In this document: positions 37,982 through 46,691 of the stretch, piece after piece
How positions within the stretch are numbered: the stretch's first letter is position 1
How the letters are laid out: each line of letters starts with the position of its first letter
IMG/VR virus record: IMGVR_UViG_3300028833_000064
Location: 1 to 64,000 of that record
Reading direction: 5' to 3' (one strand)
Origin: a virus
Lineage: Duplodnaviria; Caudoviricetes
DNA: 64,000 bases
Made by a program: the position numbers and the translations under genes
Notes under the pieces: generated by a model
What the model was told of the DNA's origin: nothing
Databases searched by the model: none
What the model saw: the letters and a program-made list of their open reading frames with translations, nothing else

Positions 37982-38194
37982 AATTTTATTTCTTAATCCC
38001 GTTCATAAAACTCCTTCCTCTCTCCACATTTCCTGCACTCCCTGTATCCCCCACACTCCCACGTCCAGACCCTCTCCCCGAAATCATGCCCACAATATCT
38101 CCGTCGAAGTCTAACCCTCTAATCATCCATCTTCTCCTTCAGAATACCCTCCTTCTTCCTCTTGAACTTCTCAATCTCATGGGGTATCAAATAC

Positions 38195-38578
38195 TCACAC
38201 CCCTCCACCAGATTTCTCCCGATTTCCAATATCGTCTGAATAGTCTTCCTCATCGTGTATACGTACCCAGAGTACAGAGTACCCCGATTCGGATGACAAC
38301 TTTTTGAGATAAAAATGTATATTGTTCTTCTCAAAGTTATTACGGAAAGGAAAAGGATACCCACCCTCTTTCTCTTTCTTCTCTAATAGACCCAGAATAT
38401 CCCTGAACAACTCATTCCCCCACATACTATACTCATTCGGATAAAACCTTATAAAATACTCATCATCTTTCCTCAAGTCCGAAAGCATCTTGTCAATGAC
38501 CGACAAACTCCCCTCCCTCAAAGCTTCGGCGATTTCAAGGTCTTCACCGGTCAATTCGTATTCTTCCCTTATCTTCAT
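38195..38578 (-). CDS. hypothetical protein
   Basis: 127 aa; 3' end overlapped by an alternative frame (38119..38364). Confidence 0.6.
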   Translation of the reverse strand: MKIREEYELTGEDLEIAEALREGSLSVIDKMLSDLRKDDEYFIRFYPNEYSMWGNELFRDILGLLEKKEKEGGYPFPFRNNFEKNNIHFYLKKLSSESGYSVLWVRIHDEEDYSDDIGNREKSGGGV

Positions 38579-38783
38579 ACTTAATATCATCAATTAACAT
38601 CAGAACTATAAACACAAGAAACGAAGTGAATACCAAACACAAACCAAATGTGACAAACCAATTTATATTAAACAACTCTCCAAGCTCACACACTTTGACT
38701 GTAAAATAAATGTATGAAAATACAATAATTAAACCAATTAAATACAAAACAAAAATTAAAAACTCAGACATAATATATCCCAT
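38544..38783 (-). CDS. small two-TM membrane protein, family copy 2
   Basis: INW...LCLVFTSFL....LID. Confidence 0.75.
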   Translation of the reverse strand: MGYIMSEFLIFVLYLIGLIIVFSYIYFTVKVCELGELFNINWFVTFGLCLVFTSFLVFIVLMLIDDIKYEDKGRIRIDR

Positions 38784-39251
38784 TTATTTTATGTTAAACA
38801 TTTGAAAAAAACTCCCGAAGAAACTCTTCACCACGTACCTGTTGTACGCCCTCGCTCCACTAAACACAATCAGTCTGTTGGAAACAATGTCACCGTTATT
38901 CCCCAAACAATACTCACTCCCCTTCGGAATTATACAAACAGAATTGGTGCAACCTTTCTTCAACATACTGTGAAAACCCTCACTTATAGTACTTATAGTC
39001 GTACACAATACTTCTATCTGTAAGTGATTCACAGGATACTCCTTTTTATAATGATAACAATAACCATTAATTTTATCCTTCTCAACAGCATACGTCCTTA
39101 TCTTCCTGGCGGTCTCCACTTTGTTAAATGAAAACACACCACCGAATAACGGAGGAATCCAATGGTCTCCTTTATTGATTATTTTCTTGTATACCACAAT
39201 GTCTTTCTCGGCGACACGTATGGTTTCACCATGTTTGACTGTTAAACACAT
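38784..39251 (-). CDS. MCL..VYK family phage protein, paralog A
   Basis: A.KDIVVYK, EGFHSMLK, CIIPKGSEYC.G.NGD.VS shared with 39685..40113. Confidence 0.8.
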   Translation of the reverse strand: MCLTVKHGETIRVAEKDIVVYKKIINKGDHWIPPLFGGVFSFNKVETARKIRTYAVEKDKINGYCYHYKKEYPVNHLQIEVLCTTISTISEGFHSMLKKGCTNSVCIIPKGSEYCLGNNGDIVSNRLIVFSGARAYNRYVVKSFFGSFFQMFNIK

Positions 39252-39260
39252 CTCCTGTTT

Positions 39261-39315
39261 CCTATCTTATACTGTCAATTATTACAACAACTAAAAACAA
39301 AACTGAAAGCATAAT
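39261..39315 (-). pseudogene. duplicated 3' end of the membrane-protein gene
   Basis: VLFLVVVIIDSIR* repeats ILVFFVVIIIDNIRMR* of 39316..39507. Confidence 0.55.
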
Positions 39316-39507
39316 CTATCTCATTCTAATATTGTCAATTATTATAACAACAAAAAAAACCAGAATCGGAGTGAATACAAGAGAAAGAACAAATACTATG
39401 TATCGGTTAAAACCAACCAAGTACTCTGCAAACTTACCCATATCGTATGCAAACCATACATAAGCACATATCACAAGAATGAGAAAAACTAATGTTATAA
39501 AATCCAT
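39316..39507 (-). CDS. small two-TM membrane protein, family copy 3
   Basis: FNRY...LSLVFTPIL....IID. Confidence 0.75.
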   Translation of the reverse strand: MDFITLVFLILVICAYVWFAYDMGKFAEYLVGFNRYIVFVLSLVFTPILVFFVVIIIDNIRMR

Positions 39508-39508
39508 A

Positions 39509-39721
39509 TTATTTCTGTTTTTTATCGTTTAACTTTCTTATAATCCACAATTTCTGCTTCATCAACTTCCTCCAACTATCAGTGTGCATCCTACCTATCT
39601 TCTCCAAAGACTCCATCTTCCTCTTTACCTTATTCAACATATTCCATAAAAATTCACGTTCCTCATCCTCACACTCATCGTTGGTCATATACATCCCACT
39701 CTTCCAATCGTATCTCGCCAT
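39509..39721 (-). CDS. hypothetical protein
   Basis: 70-aa ORF. Confidence 0.65.
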   Translation of the reverse strand: MARYDWKSGMYMTNDECEDEEREFLWNMLNKVKRKMESLEKIGRMHTDSWRKLMKQKLWIIRKLNDKKQK

Positions 39722-40113
39722 ATACTCTTTAATTTGAAAACTACATAATCAAACCACGTCTCGAACACAATCAACTTCACACTCACTACATCACCATTAT
39801 CACCTATACAGTACTCACTCCCCTTCGGAATGATACACGTACATACAAGGTTACCCAAATACACATCTTTTTCCTTCAACATACTGTGAAACCCCTCGTG
39901 AATAAATCTTCTATAATCAATAGACAAATGCTCTATAGGAGTTCCCATATTCATCGCCGTCTCAACTTTGTTGTAATCAAAATGTGTATAGAAACAAGGA
40001 CTACGCCAACCCGTTTCATCATCATCATCAAAATCTTCAACTACACCCTTGTATACCTTGATGTTTTTTCTCGCTTTCTCTATCTTTCCATTAATGGGAA
40101 CAAATAAACACAT
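39685..40113 (-). CDS. MCL..VYK family phage protein, paralog B
   Basis: Paralog of 38784..39251; promoter motif at ~40140. Confidence 0.8.
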   Translation of the reverse strand: MCLFVPINGKIEKARKNIKVYKGVVEDFDDDDETGWRSPCFYTHFDYNKVETAMNMGTPIEHLSIDYRRFIHEGFHSMLKEKDVYLGNLVCTCIIPKGSEYCIGDNGDVVSVKLIVFETWFDYVVFKLKSIWRDTIGRVGCI

Positions 40114-40158
40114 ATCTTTAATCTTTTAATCTTTTTTTATAAAGATACTATTTTTTAT

Positions 40159-40356
40159 TTAAATTCTTGAATTAATTACTTGAATTAATATATCAACAAA
40201 AAACATTAATACCGGAGTGAATAATATACACAATAAAAAAGCAACAAGATAATTTAATCTAAACTCTTCGTTAAAATCTTCCGAAACTAGATGGCATAAT
40301 AATAACCATGCAACACATAAAAAAACAATTAATAAAATTTTTATCAAAGTTACCAT
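40159..40356 (-). CDS. small two-TM membrane protein, family copy 4
   Basis: LNY...LLCILFTPVL..VD. Confidence 0.75.
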   Translation of the reverse strand: MVTLIKILLIVFLCVAWLLLCHLVSEDFNEEFRLNYLVAFLLCILFTPVLMFFVDILIQVINSRI

Positions 40357-40640
40357 AATTATATAAGATATTTTATATATAAAATATAACAAATTTCCGG
40401 CAACTTTATACAATTCTCGACAATAATTTATTTGATTTTTTGGACATCCACTTTTTTAGAACGTTGAATTTTTGAAACTTAAAATAAACATATTGATTTT
40501 CAATAAGTTAAAAATGAATAAATATAATTCACTGAAAATAAAGCATATTCAAAACTGAGCCTTTTAAGTAAAGTCCCCAATATGCCCCATATTCGAAAAA
40601 ACACGATTTTCCCCAAAAAGGGCCTTTTTTGGATATACCC

Positions 40641-40740
40641 CAAAATACCCCTTTTTGGGGGGTCAAAATACCCCTTTTTAGGGGGGTCAAAATACCCCTT
40701 TTTAGGGGGGTCAAAAATAGGCCTTTTTTTAGGGGGTGGT
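40641..40740. repeat. 3-4 tandem ~24-bp palindromic repeats
   Basis: CAAAATACCCCTTTTT(A)GGGGGGT at 40641, 40664 and 40688, plus a degenerate fourth copy. Confidence 0.92.
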
Positions 40741-41316
40741 AAAAAGGGGCCTATTTTGGGATTTCGAAAAAATAGGGTGTTTTCTGAAATACTCGTTTTT
40801 TATGTATTTTGAGAAAATGCACTTTTTGGCCATTTTTTGGATTTCTATGATTTTTATCATATTCACAAAATTCGTGTTTTTTGGTTTTTTTCATTTTTTC
40901 CTATTTCTGAGTATTTTGTAAAAACACCATATTTTGCAAAATACCGAGTTTTTGTAAAATATTGAGTTTTTATGTTTTATGTAAAAACTCCATATTTCGA
41001 AAATCTATGTTGTTTTTTCAATATATTAATAATGAATATTTGGTGTTTTGTGTAGATATCGGATATCCACGTATATTCATCACATATGGTTTTCCACAAT
41101 TATATCATATATTTCCTTATAACCATCGGTGCCTCATTTGGATACCTTTGGCGGTATCCATAAATTTTGACTCGACTGCTGTATGGGGTCATCTGCATCC
41201 GGATGAGTCTTCAACCGGTGGTATCCGGCTGGAGGCCGGTACTGTTTTTCCCAGCTTCCCTGTCCGGACTTTGATACCCACGATGTGGTCAGACAGCTTG
41301 GTGGGTTCGGGTCTTA

Positions 41317-41362
41317 CCTAGAGTAGCTGTAGTCAAAATGCCTAGAGTAGCTATAGTCGAAG
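41317..41362. repeat. direct repeat, 24-bp period
   Basis: CCTAGAGTAGCT(G/A)TAGTC(A/G)AA at 41317 and 41341. Confidence 0.85.
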
Positions 41363-41534
41363 TTCAACCACATTGGATGCACGTCACTACCAACCACTAT
41401 GGTGGGTGGAGGTTATTCGAAAATGAAATCGACCCATCTTGGTAAGATGAGTCGAAAAAATGGTGATGTAACCGAGTGCCAAATGATTCTACCGAATGAC
41501 CAATAAGTGGGTGGGGTTAGTTGGATACTCGATA

Positions 41535-42029
41535 TTATTTGTCATTTTTATAGAATTTTGAGATGGGTATTTCAAGTGGTTGATGGACGAGACCTTTGAT
41601 GTCCTTTTCATTCTGCACCATCGTCCTTATGAGGGATGAGGAGATTCCACTGAGTTCCGAAGGAGTTGGTATGAATATAGTACGGATAGTTGGGTCTATG
41701 ATTCTATTTGATTCGGCGAGGATAAGTTCCTTTTCGAAATCCAATGTGTTTCGGATACCTCTGAACATAATGGTAATTTCGTTTTGTTGACAAAAATCAA
41801 CAAGGAGACCTTCGGTATATGTTACTTTTATATTTGGTGAGATGTGTTTGACGGACTCTAAAATCCAATTGCTTCTTATGGCGACATCGAGTTGTGTCGG
41901 AGGTGTTTTCTCGGGATTGACGGCGATTACGACGTAGAGTTCGTCGACGAGCTTTGAAGCGACGTTGACCACATACTCATGTCCGAGATGAAATGGGTTG
42001 AATGAACCGGCGAAGATGCCACGAGTCAT
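41535..42029 (-). CDS. coaD: phosphopantetheine adenylyltransferase
   Basis: FAGSFNPFHLGH, NPEK, RGIR...DFEKE, ISSSLIR. Confidence 0.88.
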   Translation of the reverse strand: MTRGIFAGSFNPFHLGHEYVVNVASKLVDELYVVIAVNPEKTPPTQLDVAIRSNWILESVKHISPNIKVTYTEGLLVDFCQQNEITIMFRGIRNTLDFEKELILAESNRIIDPTIRTIFIPTPSELSGISSSLIRTMVQNEKDIKGLVHQPLEIPISKFYKNDK

Positions 42030-42481
42030 CGGTCGCCTCCTTTTTCCAAATACGACATCAGTCGTCTGTGCAACGAACCGGTATCCAAATGCAGGAAGCT
42101 TTTTCTTACGGCAGGAATATTTTCAGAGTCATCTGAAAGAGTTACTGGAACAAGTTTGTAGAGTTCTATGTTGAGAAACTCTTGGTTATTGTCATCCTTG
42201 GAAAATTTAATGGAGATTGATAATGAACCTTTAATTGTATATATTCTATCCACTTTATTTATCAGACAACTTCTTATAATGTCCCTTACAGCAATTTTGT
42301 CACTGTTGAACGCTTTGAAACTTTCGAAATCAATATATGAATGTTTTTTGTTTTTAGGAAATTCTTCTTTAATAGTTTCAATCAGTGAATTGGTGAATGC
42401 AGAATTATTAATGATTAATTCTTCTGTAATTAATACAGAAAATTTGACAATGACTTTCCTTTTTAATTCTATGGTTTTCAT
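42026..42481 (-). CDS. hypothetical protein
   Basis: ATG 1 nt after the upstream TAG stop. Confidence 0.7.
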   Translation of the reverse strand: MKTIELKRKVIVKFSVLITEELIINNSAFTNSLIETIKEEFPKNKKHSYIDFESFKAFNSDKIAVRDIIRSCLINKVDRIYTIKGSLSISIKFSKDDNNQEFLNIELYKLVPVTLSDDSENIPAVRKSFLHLDTGSLHRRLMSYLEKGGDR

Positions 42482-42482
42482 A

Positions 42483-42722
42483 CTATTGTTCTTCTTTACG
42501 AGCATCATTGCCGATGACTTTTAGGATTCTATATACACAATCATCAGTGGGGTTTTCATAGACTCGAATATTTTCTGTTGATATGGAAAAGTTTCCTACA
42601 GTATATATTATTTCCATTTTTTGGTTGATTGTGACTTCGTTGATTCGGCCGTAGATTATGTTGGAGTAGTAGTCGATTACGGACACAATATCTCCAATGT
42701 CATATTTTGTTTTGATTTCCAT
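42483..42722 (-). CDS. small SH3-like phage protein
   Basis: IKTKYDIGDIV. Confidence 0.7.
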   Translation of the reverse strand: MEIKTKYDIGDIVSVIDYYSNIIYGRINEVTINQKMEIIYTVGNFSISTENIRVYENPTDDCVYRILKVIGNDARKEEQ

Positions 42723-43255
42723 TGTTTGATTTTTTTAATTGTAAGTTCCTTGAAACCATAACTCTTCAGTTTTTCTACATCTTCATCGGTAATCTTGGTG
42801 ATGTTTGCCCTTTTGAAAGATTGACACAGTTGTTCGACGTATCCGTCTGGGACATTGGACAGAATAAAGATAGTTCCGTTTTTCTTTTCAATCATGTATG
42901 TATTTAAAGTGTCTGTGCATTTCAGTTCCTTTCGAAAAATCTTCCTCACCTTGAAGATTATCACCATCGATTCGACCCAATCTATTATGGGAAATATCAT
43001 AATATCAGATAATATACTACCCATAACATTATAGTTGACCAAGGGAATATAAGTGATGATGTTTATAAAAGTGTATTTATAAGGAAATAAGAATCTTATA
43101 ATTCCAGCACTTTTGTCATTTGCATGTTTGTTGGACATTTGTCGTTTTGACAAATGTTCATATGGTGGACTGAAAATTTGTCGTTTTGACAAATGTGCAT
43201 ATAGCAGACTGATTACGATAGGGATTATATATATAATAAAAAACTTTACAAACAT
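42677..43255 (-). CDS. membrane-associated hypothetical protein
   Basis: N-terminal TM; internal HLSKRQ duplication. Confidence 0.7.
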   Translation of the reverse strand: MFVKFFIIYIIPIVISLLYAHLSKRQIFSPPYEHLSKRQMSNKHANDKSAGIIRFLFPYKYTFINIITYIPLVNYNVMGSILSDIMIFPIIDWVESMVIIFKVRKIFRKELKCTDTLNTYMIEKKNGTIFILSNVPDGYVEQLCQSFKRANITKITDEDVEKLKSYGFKELTIKKIKQWKSKQNMTLEILCP

Positions 43256-43258
43256 AGT

Positions 43259-43471
43259 TTAAAGATATTTATCCTTGATTGCACACAAGTAGATTATCGT
43301 GAGGATGTTGATGGTAGGCCAAAACACCAAGAAAGCGTTCACAATTGTTCCCAATTTAGGGAATGGTGTAATGAAGTCCTTGAATGTCTTGATGTTCTTT
43401 TTGTTTTTGATGAAATTTATTATTAAGATTATCACCGCCGGAAGCAGTGATGAGATGAGAATCGCTGTCAT
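43259..43471 (-). CDS. small membrane protein
   Basis: Two hydrophobic helices; P.IN motif resembles its neighbours. Confidence 0.7.
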   Translation of the reverse strand: MTAILISSLLPAVIILIINFIKNKKNIKTFKDFITPFPKLGTIVNAFLVFWPTINILTIIYLCAIKDKYL

Positions 43472-43785
43472 TTTATATTTTTGTTAAGAAAGTTTTTGAT
43501 TTTTAAAAAGAATTTGGTATCTTTGGCTCTATCGAGCATCATTTCAATCCCCATATATGTTCCAAGTAGGAATGCCAATAATGTGACCATCGTATTCACT
43601 ATTGGGAAGTATGTCCCGAAAATCGTGGCCCAAATATCATTACCCTCCCATCCGAATGGACACAAGATGTTTCCGATTTTCAAGTCGTTCCAATTGATGA
43701 TAACAGAGGTTATTATCTGTATAAGGATTGTGGCGGCATACACAATTGTGAGAAATAAGATTGTGTGGTTTTCTATGAATTGCAT
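43468..43785 (-). CDS. small membrane protein
   Basis: TM helices; PIVN motif. Confidence 0.7.
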   Translation of the reverse strand: MQFIENHTILFLTIVYAATILIQIITSVIINWNDLKIGNILCPFGWEGNDIWATIFGTYFPIVNTMVTLLAFLLGTYMGIEMMLDRAKDTKFFLKIKNFLNKNIK

Positions 43786-44270
43786 AATATTGTTGATTTG
43801 ATTGTTTCTTTCATGAGTTCTTTCGAAAAATTGACGGCCTCGCTCATGGTTAGCATGTATTTTTCACCGATTGTGTCTTCATTTATTGGTTCGAGAATCC
43901 AGCATGCACACTTGACCGGTTCGTCATATGTCCAGCTGTCTTTCATCCAGTCACAGTTTTTACAGTGATGACCGGGTGAACAATGTTCGTCATCGGTTTT
44001 ATCATGGTTTGCACAACTCATCATATTGAGTTGGTAGATTTCATCGACTTTATGAAGAGGCCATTTGTCGATGTCATGCCCATTCCTCCTCAATGCATTC
44101 GGCTGAAGTTTGTCATACTACGAGAGGCATCTATTGTCGTGTGGGGCACCCTCGATGAAGGCGTACTCGATATAGCGCCCGTTTTCATCCTCTCTCAGAT
44201 ATACGAATCTGTCGAGGTTATCTGTGGCGGTCGCCCAAGCTTTCAGTAGGGTTATGTTTTCTTGTTTCAT
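43773..44270 (-). pseudogene. 165-codon gene interrupted by one in-frame TAG (nonsense or readthrough)
   Basis: ATG 44270 overlaps the upstream TGA (ATGA); reads MKQEN...NRCLS-TAG(44118-44120)-YDKLQPNALRRNG... into ORF 43773..44093. Confidence 0.7.
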
Positions 44271-44680
44271 TTATACACATACTCTAATTTACCGTACTCG
44301 TCCTTCAAGTCATTTTCCAAGTTCCATCCACGTTTCTTGATGGTGCTGTATATTTGGTCAAGTAGTTCCTCTCGGGTGTATTTCCGGCGGACATCATATG
44401 GAACAACTCCGTCGAGTGAATATTCTTGCTCATAGGAGAGAAAGAGATTTTCATCCGGAAGATAGTACAATGTTTTTTCATGCCATTGCAGTCCATTGTC
44501 GGGATGTTTCATCGACCAGTCGAGAGCGTCTTCATAGGAGTCGAAGATGTTAGATTCTCTGTGTCTCCGTATGATTTCTGCATGTTCCTTTTCACGGATT
44601 TCGTCTGCAATTCGTTGCATTTCATTCCGTAAGTCTTCGATAGGTTTTGTGTTTGGACACAGGTCAAAAATTGTCGGCAT
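44267..44680 (-). CDS. hypothetical protein
   Basis: 137-aa ORF. Confidence 0.75.
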   Translation of the reverse strand: MPTIFDLCPNTKPIEDLRNEMQRIADEIREKEHAEIIRRHRESNIFDSYEDALDWSMKHPDNGLQWHEKTLYYLPDENLFLSYEQEYSLDGVVPYDVRRKYTREELLDQIYSTIKKRGWNLENDLKDEYGKLEYVYK

Positions 44681-44690
44681 TTTTCGAAAA

Positions 44691-45038
44691 TTATTCGGTA
44701 CTCACTTCTTGAATAGTAAACTCCGCTCTGTCGTCCGAGTATTCAGTTGTTCCTCCGTCAATGTATTTGATGGTAATGATATATCGTCCATTGATAGCAC
44801 GTCTGATGGTTTTTTCCGAAAGGTTCGGTTGTATGAAATTTTTAATGGCGCCCAGTATAGAGTTCTTCAGATTGTCGGACGATTCATCCGAAATGTATAA
44901 GGATTCCATACCTTTTATGATTGCTGTGTAAATGAAGTTGACAAGGACTCTCATCATATCCTTGTATTTAATTAGTTCATCTACTGAGATGATGACCGGT
45001 TCCTTCAGAATTTCTTTTTCTTTTAACTTGATTTCCAT
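44691..45038 (-). CDS. hypothetical protein
   Basis: 115-aa ORF. Confidence 0.7.
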   Translation of the reverse strand: MEIKLKEKEILKEPVIISVDELIKYKDMMRVLVNFIYTAIIKGMESLYISDESSDNLKNSILGAIKNFIQPNLSEKTIRRAINGRYIITIKYIDGGTTEYSDDRAEFTIQEVSTE

Positions 45039-45050
45039 AGTATTTGTTTT

Positions 45051-45506
45051 TTAAATTTTATGCAGAGCTTTCTTTATGAGTTCCTTTGGTAAGTCCGAGT
45101 AACTCTCAGTTCCGTCGGTTACATATTCGTAGAATATCACTTCGATGCACTCGTCGTCTTCGTAGTAGACTTCCTCCGCTTCACGGAAAAGCTTCAGATA
45201 GTCGTCTTTGATTCCGAGCATTGTGTATTCGACTATCGGACTGTCAAGGAAATGTTCCATCTCTTTCAGTACCTCTTTTGCCTCCTTTCTACCGGAGGCG
45301 ATGTAGATTCGGCCGAATGACGAGTCGGTTCTTTCGATTTTGGTCTCGATGAAGTAGCGGTTGTCGGAATCCTTTTCAATGGAGATGATGGTGTTTTCCT
45401 CACCATATCCGTTGAACATTTGCACACTTGCAATGGTCTTGGTCTGTGCATTGGACACCAGAGTGGTGACGATTAGCAGAATCAGTGTTACGATATACTT
45501 TTTCAT
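45051..45506 (-). CDS. secreted protein
   Basis: MKKYIVTLILLIVTTLVSNA-Q signal peptide. Confidence 0.75.
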   Translation of the reverse strand: MKKYIVTLILLIVTTLVSNAQTKTIASVQMFNGYGEENTIISIEKDSDNRYFIETKIERTDSSFGRIYIASGRKEAKEVLKEMEHFLDSPIVEYTMLGIKDDYLKLFREAEEVYYEDDECIEVIFYEYVTDGTESYSDLPKELIKKALHKI

Positions 45507-45533
45507 TTTTCGAAATTGATGTTTTTTTTTTTG

Positions 45534-45567
45534 GTTTGGGGGGAGCGGACTTTGCCGCTCCCCAACA
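45534..45567 (-). terminator. GC-rich hairpin
   Basis: GGGGAGCGG-actttg-CCGCTCCCC; a second hairpin GGGGTGGT/ACCACCCC at ~45612-45639. Confidence 0.6.
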
Positions 45568-45661
45568 AACACTTGGTACTTAAAGTTTATGAAACATTTT
45601 GTATTATGGGAGGGGTGGTGGTTGTTTGGATACCACCCCATACCCATTTGATGAAAGGAGA

Positions 45662-46078
45662 TTACATTATAATGCCGGTTATTTCGACGGAGACTGGGTG
45701 TTTTACCACAAGGCAGTTGATTTCGACTGTAGTTGCTTGTTTCGATGAAAGGTATCCTTCGACAAAGGCTTTGGCTTCCTCCTTCTCTGTGAAGATGTGC
45801 TGTACATCATTGATGTCCATCACGTTGGTGGATGTTGAATAGACCAAGATATGTTCTCCGTCGGGATGGGCGACGATGAGAGCCGGGATTACAGAGATTT
45901 CATTGGTATCTTCGTTGATGACCGGTGTCCAAACGACGGGGACTTCAAGTTCATCAAGGGGTGTATCGGTCATCTTGGATTCAGTTATTGTAATGGCGGC
46001 GACCAGCGGGGAGACAATTTTCTCCAAGATTGCACGTGCAGTTTCTTTGTCGAGGGGTTTCTGTGTATTGATTCTCAT
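45662..46078 (-). CDS. VPVVWTPV family protein, paralog A
   Basis: EL.VPVVWTPV..IP...ILV.S..TN...V..IFT...EA..F shared with 47067..47570. Confidence 0.8.
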   Translation of the reverse strand: MRINTQKPLDKETARAILEKIVSPLVAAITITESKMTDTPLDELEVPVVWTPVINEDTNEISVIPALIVAHPDGEHILVYSTSTNVMDINDVQHIFTEKEEAKAFVEGYLSSKQATTVEINCLVVKHPVSVEITGIIM

Positions 46079-46143
46079 AGTTATTATTATTTTTAATGTT
46101 GATATTTGTTTCTTTTTAAAAGATACTATTTATTTTTGAAAGA

Positions 46144-46416
46144 TTAAAAAGAATTTTGTTTTCTTTGTAAATCATTTCTTTCTTTTTTCATTCTGTGAAT
46201 GTCTTGGCAGGCGTTTGTGAAACTCAGTTTTGCCTCTTCAAGGTCTGAGATGTATTCTCCTATGGTTATCGACTCGTAGGGGTCTGGGTAGAATGTCTGA
46301 ATATTGTGTTTGGAAAGTTCAATCATTCTCATCCAGTAGGCGGCGGCCTCCCTCCTCATAGAAAGTCTTCTTTCAATAGACCTTATCTCTTCTTTGATTT
46401 GTTCCTTTGTTTTCAT
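46144..46416 (-). CDS. coiled-coil hypothetical protein
   Basis: 90 aa. Confidence 0.7.
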   Translation of the reverse strand: MKTKEQIKEEIRSIERRLSMRREAAAYWMRMIELSKHNIQTFYPDPYESITIGEYISDLEEAKLSFTNACQDIHRMKKERNDLQRKQNSF

Positions 46417-46685
46417 ATTTGAATCATCACTTCGTGGTTCTCGAGAATCTTGATGTGAACAATGCTGTCTTCAATTCTGTATTCGACATTTCGAATATCC
46501 CATCTTTCTTTCAGACGTGTCTCCAATTCTTCAAAAGTCATAGGTCCGTTTGGTTGTATCCACACTTTGAGTTCATTGGTTTCAGTGTCTATCAGAAAAC
46601 TATTGAATTTTCCGTAACTCGTGTCAAGAACGTGTATCTCATTCTTGTTTGGAGTTTCTTTGGGGGCGAACAAGACTCTGAACAT
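46413..46685 (-). CDS. hypothetical protein
   Basis: 90 aa, ATGA overlap. Confidence 0.7.
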   Translation of the reverse strand: MFRVLFAPKETPNKNEIHVLDTSYGKFNSFLIDTETNELKVWIQPNGPMTFEELETRLKERWDIRNVEYRIEDSIVHIKILENHEVMIQI

Positions 46686-46691
46686 AGCGTT

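Larger units (their letters stand above)
40420..41530. other. non-coding region, putative replication origin
   Basis: Longest gene-free stretch; GC skew inversion; iteron-like palindromic repeats; A/T tracts. Confidence 0.6.

Noticed and set aside
40529-41321. ORFs 40529..40714, 40582..40812, 40736..40921 and 40962..41321
   Set aside because: Translations of repeats and T-tracts with no credible protein features; region treated as non-coding
40641-41362. Possible CRISPR array
   Set aside because: Repeats abut each other with no unique spacers, and there are no cas genes
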